Of a stretch of DNA of 33,916 nt, positions 32,201 to 33,916 are shown piece after piece. The translations under genes were made by a program, and so were the position numbers. Each line of letters begins with the position of its first letter. Position 1 is the first letter of the stretch. The notes below the pieces were generated by a model that was not told where the DNA came from, did no database searches, and worked only from the letters and a program-made list of their open reading frames with translations. Origin of the DNA: Aduncisulcus paluster (lineage: Eukaryota); assembly GCA_024181965.1 (NCBI GenBank), contig BQXS01009689.1:1-33916 (forward strand), in the 5' to 3' direction.

Positions 32201-32572
32201 GAAGCCTCTCCTGGACAGAGTGGAAGTAACGTCATTCAACTCAGTAATGTTGATGCCCATTATGCTCCTTTCACTGCTAAATTCACGCCAGATTCATCAA
32301 TCGAGTTCTCAGTTGCACCCGAAACTGGATTGTTGGCTCCACCTGCCTCTTATGACCCTGTTGACATTGTTGTTTCATGGAATCCTCAGTCTTACGGACT
32401 TCCTGGTAAAGGTGAGTTGATCATTGAGACTGATAAATTCTTATGGAGATACAATGTTCGCGGAGAATACATTCAATATCGACCTCCCGATGGTGTGGCC
32501 AAAGTCATGTCTCGCCGCGCCCAAACACAGAAGAGACGAGACCAAAGTCTTAAAAAACGAGGAAGAAAATGA
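20204..32572 (+). CDS. CFAP47: Cilia- and flagella-associated protein 47 (Hydin-like ASH/Ig repeats plus calponin-homology region), about 4,060 aa after removing a gap-flanking duplication
   Basis: Many ASH/PapD-like repeats (..N.G/S...F...P..G.L.P). Central motifs AWAMLLYQCLRLCVL and SSSEISLLLWLNR resemble the CFAP47 CH region. The C-terminus GGRWLFPL..HDGVIRVEA..PFTAKFTPDS..FSVAPETGLL..GELIIETDKFLWRYNVRG..YRPP is characteristic. ATG 20204 (MLIVKPPEVVF) is preferred to the ORF-track start at 20114. Confidence 0.88.
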   Translation: MLIVKPPEVVFGISSQFPVSLQKSVFIQNTSGKIVKIKVSSPATQHFQVSKPSKTEIPCGLEVEVQIFFQAIEEKTYYDSFFIYSDSGQKIEVKLKAIPPSPAFEFNKFLNFGVITPTEVVQKIVTFKNTGSKTGFVKLCYQQPLSSTKDQALLEEKPATPVISIEPTIFECEPGGQRSVKVTITPRSVENVRVLAHVRQWDTMDAARMDSGPVPSMMSQSAISRGIPSSFSSTTMATTSSTNSGSYIDISCSVVEPVVTIHDVKTGRELTELSFPNTLFYHSVKREVVLVNSGPHPVEFNLQWNDLSQSKFFRQGGDDDGMEAMKSMKLGAKPVSMPPPSRSSEPATSPELLAVHQETRTPPITFSPPYGVLQPHSSQSMTVTFTPVCRRGVCERAERFMGQVNMKRRKDLLKKAMDISTSAQNDTSRTSGRSGHPMPAGSSGTRKGLVGVSVSTLMGNSAVSPGIKTGITSSSMNPKDSTSLALGEMPHVADGALDTTLLAHLGTEYALIVPDSDLSIYDLVLKLCVKNKVGNAGVGDDPSTALSMSAKGTSRTKPIVTPSSQFSVLREVIVRGRGVRPDVTLSHLKINYGECPVGSKGHVTHCYIQNNSRITTAAIDVGNLAFFKVHPTTIPALRPMERADLYLEYCPRVLGPTVGDINVKVSGMFDLKVRVRGVGIGKKKEVSEIVGKGNLIETSLEPTTARKKTLTVAGESKRTPFKSTKKVMKHLTTSLLPASEMAYLDEYHKEVDDENGLAPPTLEMCEMEDHLIVDDKGGRGPSSSTSSGTSSTVHKHSHRIRHALNNTQDLIKHKFPAHAVGAVVDEVSVQLTNREMQAIHTGPRSFDMGTVSVFSTSAQSFNINNGTPRHIVVTIISNTSECEPFPSSQVIPPGAIAGFDIVLAPTVPAPFSQALEVLVNGAVQYVLDVTASVSPTILFCDTDRVDFVLDDSNILESSIEHYVQLENPGTADAKYSTRMVCVKDKEEKDRTAKLTSRIPMSSRVPMSSRVPLSSRIPMSQRTQQGQTQNAIGGKDATGKQGKDDGSPNPSAIDYFSISPASGVIKAGDKTSLSVTWIPGILKTYHVHLIVDVEGGESLTIDVTAHIPPSKIVTPQKKINTGAISIGVCKDVDISLKNVKDTDAFFSASCASTIVSVTPQRGKVPALSSLTLTASILSLKEQVIDTHLCVSVCGGGVVKIPLRCEVLLPSLDMKVVSSDEEKEEEERKGSGGKLPKGMEELEELKRSKDKKEKKSDEEEKRDGKKKEGTTTDFSSPVSSPHTPSPSSVLSFSAVSVGQRKKRVLCIANQSVIQATVFIDLRSEPCFSILPPSHLPLPISSSWAFPRTTLSTSPQCVYSVTVEEMMNVLGGRGRGNTSMITAQRDAKESGKEAADVSDISSNATSSVKVQLSVLKQTLGVKDDGKMKLFEGDYDDEDSKASPSSVVSAMSSSRSDPTSFSLAQITIPPRTTVPLCFLYTPRAVHENFKFKLPLHVLGMREIPRQLSSMITATSTPPQLLLSPSTLEMGYHKIVNSERLGRMLTISGVRRCVLKNAMGKGVWWCVVTRKVWKACIKLIGGGRVPVKSLHPTLGKPLKLESSDKGKMTIKPGWDTEKDRICETIKDYLLSPLAFISYPCCGFLPAHTSTSLSITFTPTNQQSYRDELCIVQGDIIKKVVDMCKMKESNPSSSSYLDTSMCGTIEQYDTSNSLFIMQKMRRMSLLNYMLLDSAKKFGEMPKKPSGSKLASESHLQDGASGKVKKEPSSQLPSFSQPPTTLSLSGCGVESFLLFDRTHVQLPPVPLGVCSRGIIRIINCGFTSCRISLSLPAECSGVPLVLWWGSEVSIEKGKDALLDHNTKFASLFISFMSRRSLSFCVKIEVLTNDGDIFPFYVSGAADDSVLGVGHTIESYKDVIIGMKGKGLPMSGFKDGVKALASVSGDSSIIATEAAIQAGFDLGALKSDGHSDSPVQTTGALNAFRSAHMSSSSVIRSSRALLTNRKPAKGTNTQMSQMIVKTFVSFPAVLTAALMNRVEIDRVFNMLDEKKQRAAGKDGLRGMISLPSLPQLPFASDTTISLSQALEEVLKLSLSLSHPTPSSLPLLTPFNHHFPSALPSDLLFLRSFFLSSTPRVLFLSQFPAILHTDKGVEFAYSLINTLFGKKVKREKKKRGDKDEKVEKKKGERGSIASSLHLLEMFDVLISHVKSFGGMVSTIIPAILLPLHHYLNVCVYWYKQNIDILEVQDESDVVHTPSVSSPGMKSESARSSSTSPSPGTKSPSVTAEPEGVMVATPLVALSHTDISSSSPILSAMIRTCSVQWSTAHNSAWAMLLYQCLRLCVLGGVSRKSLAVATEKAQSPVLLLGGVGQQKDEKEADKAKTEDNPKSDRDGKKPKGAVGGTTGSGSSPIAHLPLPHVAGTLPPIPSTFLQPYQHTSNTHSSSEISLLLWLNRCLILSLPALRMIFGVYSSNAEIISLLAKTHKGMMQIQREKQQKAAQMMKHDINGSELLADPRMSSYQYDQYMKQKKKLDLTLAKYNVIDQETVALARVNTLSMNHCTSFGSLLLSSFFVSGSSSFLFLLCIGCVLVCYEPQXXXXXXXXDQETVALARVNTLSMNHCTSFGSLLLSSFFVSGSSSFLFLLCIGCVLVCYEPQLCELYEIIADINSQVYVRLRNIIGHDTYGSTSADGADGKKGKDVVIPSSVYPALASLDIGSIIAEDEQEAFCKILASTLKKMGILSIGPASLAGLSPQERVLLSYLCFENAPLHAPRSDVTVTVNLSESVTRSIVLSNPSDRVITYTAHIQGDVRGEVKVADGNGKITVEARSKKSFSVVFNPKFAGSRIFRLSLTPVNTGAAPVVFTIRLNVKYGLPAQSYMFSSATYTHNTRVIRIHNPFDQPFSGQVHAVQVESRAEKDEEGRNMITDYQFQSDADSLKLGDVIQKIKEKEEKEKLKNQLNRRRHGSSISSSSGSESGEDRNLAIERALYGITPAPSFPPLVDSLLPPADVTGKEVDTSSLVGARSSNKDVFIPPFSSALFTSSLSIPAKGYCDVRIRFSPCKCGAYRCVFVAQDENVGEFVECFVGIAVPPSPSTTIEETGFTNQPLNLSIPVPYRNTLFDVVKPRGEGGDVIKRLRQVFTRGEKVKYTVISRAEFIKVPNNLYLFSSAKEDKSGTNNMLNVSVSAALPGEYVGFILLQSNVDVRVVRVQCTMFKKQSDIVLQLHTPARKQIHQEIPIHNPLSYGVSVNIERFMWEREVDKSESMLSVEGKNVIEESLAHSSLFSEKEGSGSIEDEDDEPIEELKVFPIIHEVSVPTEVFEYLSAPSHLEIPPNGTTSLRVAFSPAWKCDLRGAIIVSHTCPAINQTIRLSMKVSEPLGCGCIEVETPAKVKKDVQIEVTNPFAEITRFLVNTDVNVVKGDDEFVLQPHETKIYNFSVYALRSGKYRGVITFTPPSKHYLWYAISCSISPPPPEHRLHISARCRETESVTIPVVNSMDFPCEWIVFCEGPTGLVVNENVVVSANDTEQFTISYTPLIEEEGEGVVSFVSEAGGDFWVHITLESLPPQEEVIDGFEASIGQHQEKTIVVDNLTDMYCDYTYSSSNSKIFGAIIPKELQEKIGGRTKHNVFTLPPDTSQEIKIRYMPSSIGDEEVATIIFNSTDSGKFIYKCKGRGTSPKPSPPSYVSANLGSTSSSLILFTNPFSFPLSLTCELQSQEPLEDVGISDHSCFTLLLKQKVMVVRSGNSIQIPFSYHAKQLANCWSVIVVKVVGDSGAAATRHGTRRGTRTRVSSRVEGRKGDAVSSASHPLRWEFPISGVTVVPSSLSPLRLTCAARSRVVKVLSLNVRGLAGMMTSSHRPELLRVSIEFASGSESPGSLGNNVWSIRQTSFPVPSQLQPAQALPTSSRSSKHSIINITSMSDAASLSASTSAPSPEDDEARVGLELREAASPYDPPFEQLGLPVSFCPRKPLSVTGTVIVEALPTGGRWLFPLHLNSTLPPHDGVIRVEASPGQSGSNVIQLSNVDAHYAPFTAKFTPDSSIEFSVAPETGLLAPPASYDPVDIVVSWNPQSYGLPGKGELIIETDKFLWRYNVRGEYIQYRPPDGVAKVMSRRAQTQKRRDQSLKKRGRK
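23189..23260 (+). repeat. Coding minisatellite of 4 x 18 nt encoding SRIPMS-SRVPMS-SRVPLS-SRIPMS within CFAP47
   Basis: tca aga ata ccc atg tct / tcc agg gtt cca atg tcc / tct aga gtt cct tta tcc / tct cga att cca atg tca. Confidence 0.85.
27804..28149. repeat. 163-bp direct duplication flanking a 20-N gap (27804-27966 vs 27987-28149; gap 27967-27986)
   Basis: The copies appear identical. 163+20=183 nt is a multiple of 3, so the CFAP47 frame is preserved by chance and 61 spurious residues are added. Confidence 0.93.
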
Positions 32573-33075
32573 TTATTGGCCATGTTTGTGACCACTTTCA
32601 TTAATTCCTTAATTGTATTTTGAAGAAAGTACTGTTTCTGCCGTTCTAATTCTGAGAATTTTGTGTTATATTCATATAAGATTATATTTTAGTATTATAG
32701 AAAATCCAAAAATAAATCAATTATTATAAACAGGCTGTCGAGGAGAGTCTCTCATTAACTACTTGTTTCATTAATTACACATTTAGCTGATGATGTGTTA
32801 AACACAGATTTTAGTAGTTTCAATCATTTTCAAAGTCAAATGTTGAAGAAATATCCAACTATTATAAGATTGCTGTTTGAAATCTTTATGTGTGAAATAC
32901 AAAGAATTATGTTAGATCTTCAAATCCAATTATAATATTTTGAGGAATTAAATAACTTTAAGGCGCTTTTATTCAAAATAATCATAAAGAAAAGAAACCT
33001 CCAAAATAAAAAAAAAAACTCAATTCTTTTCTTGCTGAGTTTGATTTGGAAAATCAAGTTTTGGTTCATTCCAAA

Positions 33076-33916
33076 ATGGATTTCCCACATCAAAGTGAGC
33101 AAACACCTTTTGATAAAAAATTTAAACCTTCCTATGATCTGAAGGTAATGATTTCTGGATTGAGTATTTTTTATAGTAATGGATCCAAGAAGCTCGCGAC
33201 CACCTCTACGGGCTCTCTGAAGGATGTTATTTATACTTTAACTTATTGCAATTTATTTGATTCATCTGATCCAGAATGTATTCCCTCTTCTCCATCTTTA
33301 TCTGTCAGCACCAGCTATGCCGAATCTGAAGATGATGATTCAATAATGGATACCAATTTCTTTGGTTTGAATTCCAAACCTTCATCCCTGTATTGTCCAA
33401 AAGAAGATACTTTGCTCCCTACTTCTTATCCGAAGATCGCCCCTCCGCTTTGTCCTGAAATGAACGATCAAGTCCAACTTCCCCTGCCTGTTCCGAACGA
33501 TGGCTGTGTTTCACGAGCTTCAATACCTGTTCCCCCCGGAAGAAAAGAAGGATTGGTCTCCAATCTCAAGATCAAATCCTTCGACGTGTTTCCAAATCAA
33601 GATTGTCCAGACGTGCAACTGAAACAATTCCCGTCCATGTGTCGATGTGCAGATGATCCTCCTCCATCCCTCGGTGACTCAGACTCTCGATACTATCCAG
33701 GCTGGGTCTGTGGTAGCAGTCTGCACCCTGACCACCAATCACATTGTGAATCAACTTCATCCCATTGGTTTCATCAAACGGGACCCGTCATGTCTTCTGT
33801 ATCATCCCAACCGCCTTGCTCGAGCTCAAGTTCTTGCAGCCCCAGTTATGATCTGCTACAAATCCCTTTGTGGCCTCCACAACCACCTAACATCGAGCTG
33901 ATAGGAGATGTAGAGC
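33076..33916 (+). CDS. Hypothetical Pro/Ser/Cys-rich protein, 5' part only (at least 280 codons; runs off the window)
   Basis: The frame from ATG 33076 (MDFPHQSEQTPFDKKFKPSYDLKVMISGL...) has no stop before the window end, and GC content rises relative to the preceding intergenic tract. It is absent from the ORF track, presumably because it has no stop codon in the window. No family recognised. Confidence 0.7.
   Translation, partial: MDFPHQSEQTPFDKKFKPSYDLKVMISGLSIFYSNGSKKLATTSTGSLKDVIYTLTYCNLFDSSDPECIPSSPSLSVSTSYAESEDDDSIMDTNFFGLNSKPSSLYCPKEDTLLPTSYPKIAPPLCPEMNDQVQLPLPVPNDGCVSRASIPVPPGRKEGLVSNLKIKSFDVFPNQDCPDVQLKQFPSMCRCADDPPPSLGDSDSRYYPGWVCGSSLHPDHQSHCESTSSHWFHQTGPVMSSVSSQPPCSSSSSCSPSYDLLQIPLWPPQPPNIELIGDVE

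Noticed and set aside
2077-32420. Dozens of 60-200-aa antisense or alternate-frame ORFs
   Set aside because: All lie within long genes, show no recognisable motifs, and are expected shadows of coding sequence.
32573-33075. Possible box C/D snoRNA or other ncRNA in the spacer (tgatga near 32788)
   Set aside because: No suitably spaced box D (CTGA), terminal stem or recognisable guide was found. No tRNA-like structure was seen.
33145-33176. Possible 32-nt intron gtaatg...ttttatag in the last ORF
   Set aside because: Splicing would create an immediate AAG-TAA stop, whereas the unspliced frame is open.

Overview
This is a gene-dense, almost intron-free, AT-rich eukaryotic draft scaffold using the standard genetic code. 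It comes from a flagellated protist; the style suggests a free-living metamonad/fornicate such as Aduncisulcus, but that is inference only. From left to right it holds: the last 40 codons of a probable Rab GTPase (ends -CGC*); an IMPACT/YIH1 gene (-); one giant RNF213/mysterin-like AAA+ ATPase/E3-ligase gene (-); a minimal PLRG1/Prp46 WD40 splicing factor (-); a divergently transcribed ~4,060-aa CFAP47 ciliary gene (+); and the 5' part of an unknown Pro/Ser/Cys-rich ORF. The ORF track splits the RNF213-like gene into four pieces only because three 20-N gaps are each flanked by duplicated overlaps (354, 312 and 362 bp). Collapsing them restores a single frame of about 5,140-5,157 aa. The most interesting object is this protist RNF213-like protein. 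It has an N-terminal CBM20-like domain and an intact RNF213-type AAA core but no canonical RING. At the position of the animal RZ finger it carries a different, His-less Cys cluster reminiscent of an RBR RING2/Rcat knuckle. No rRNA, tRNA, CRISPR array or mobile element was recognised.
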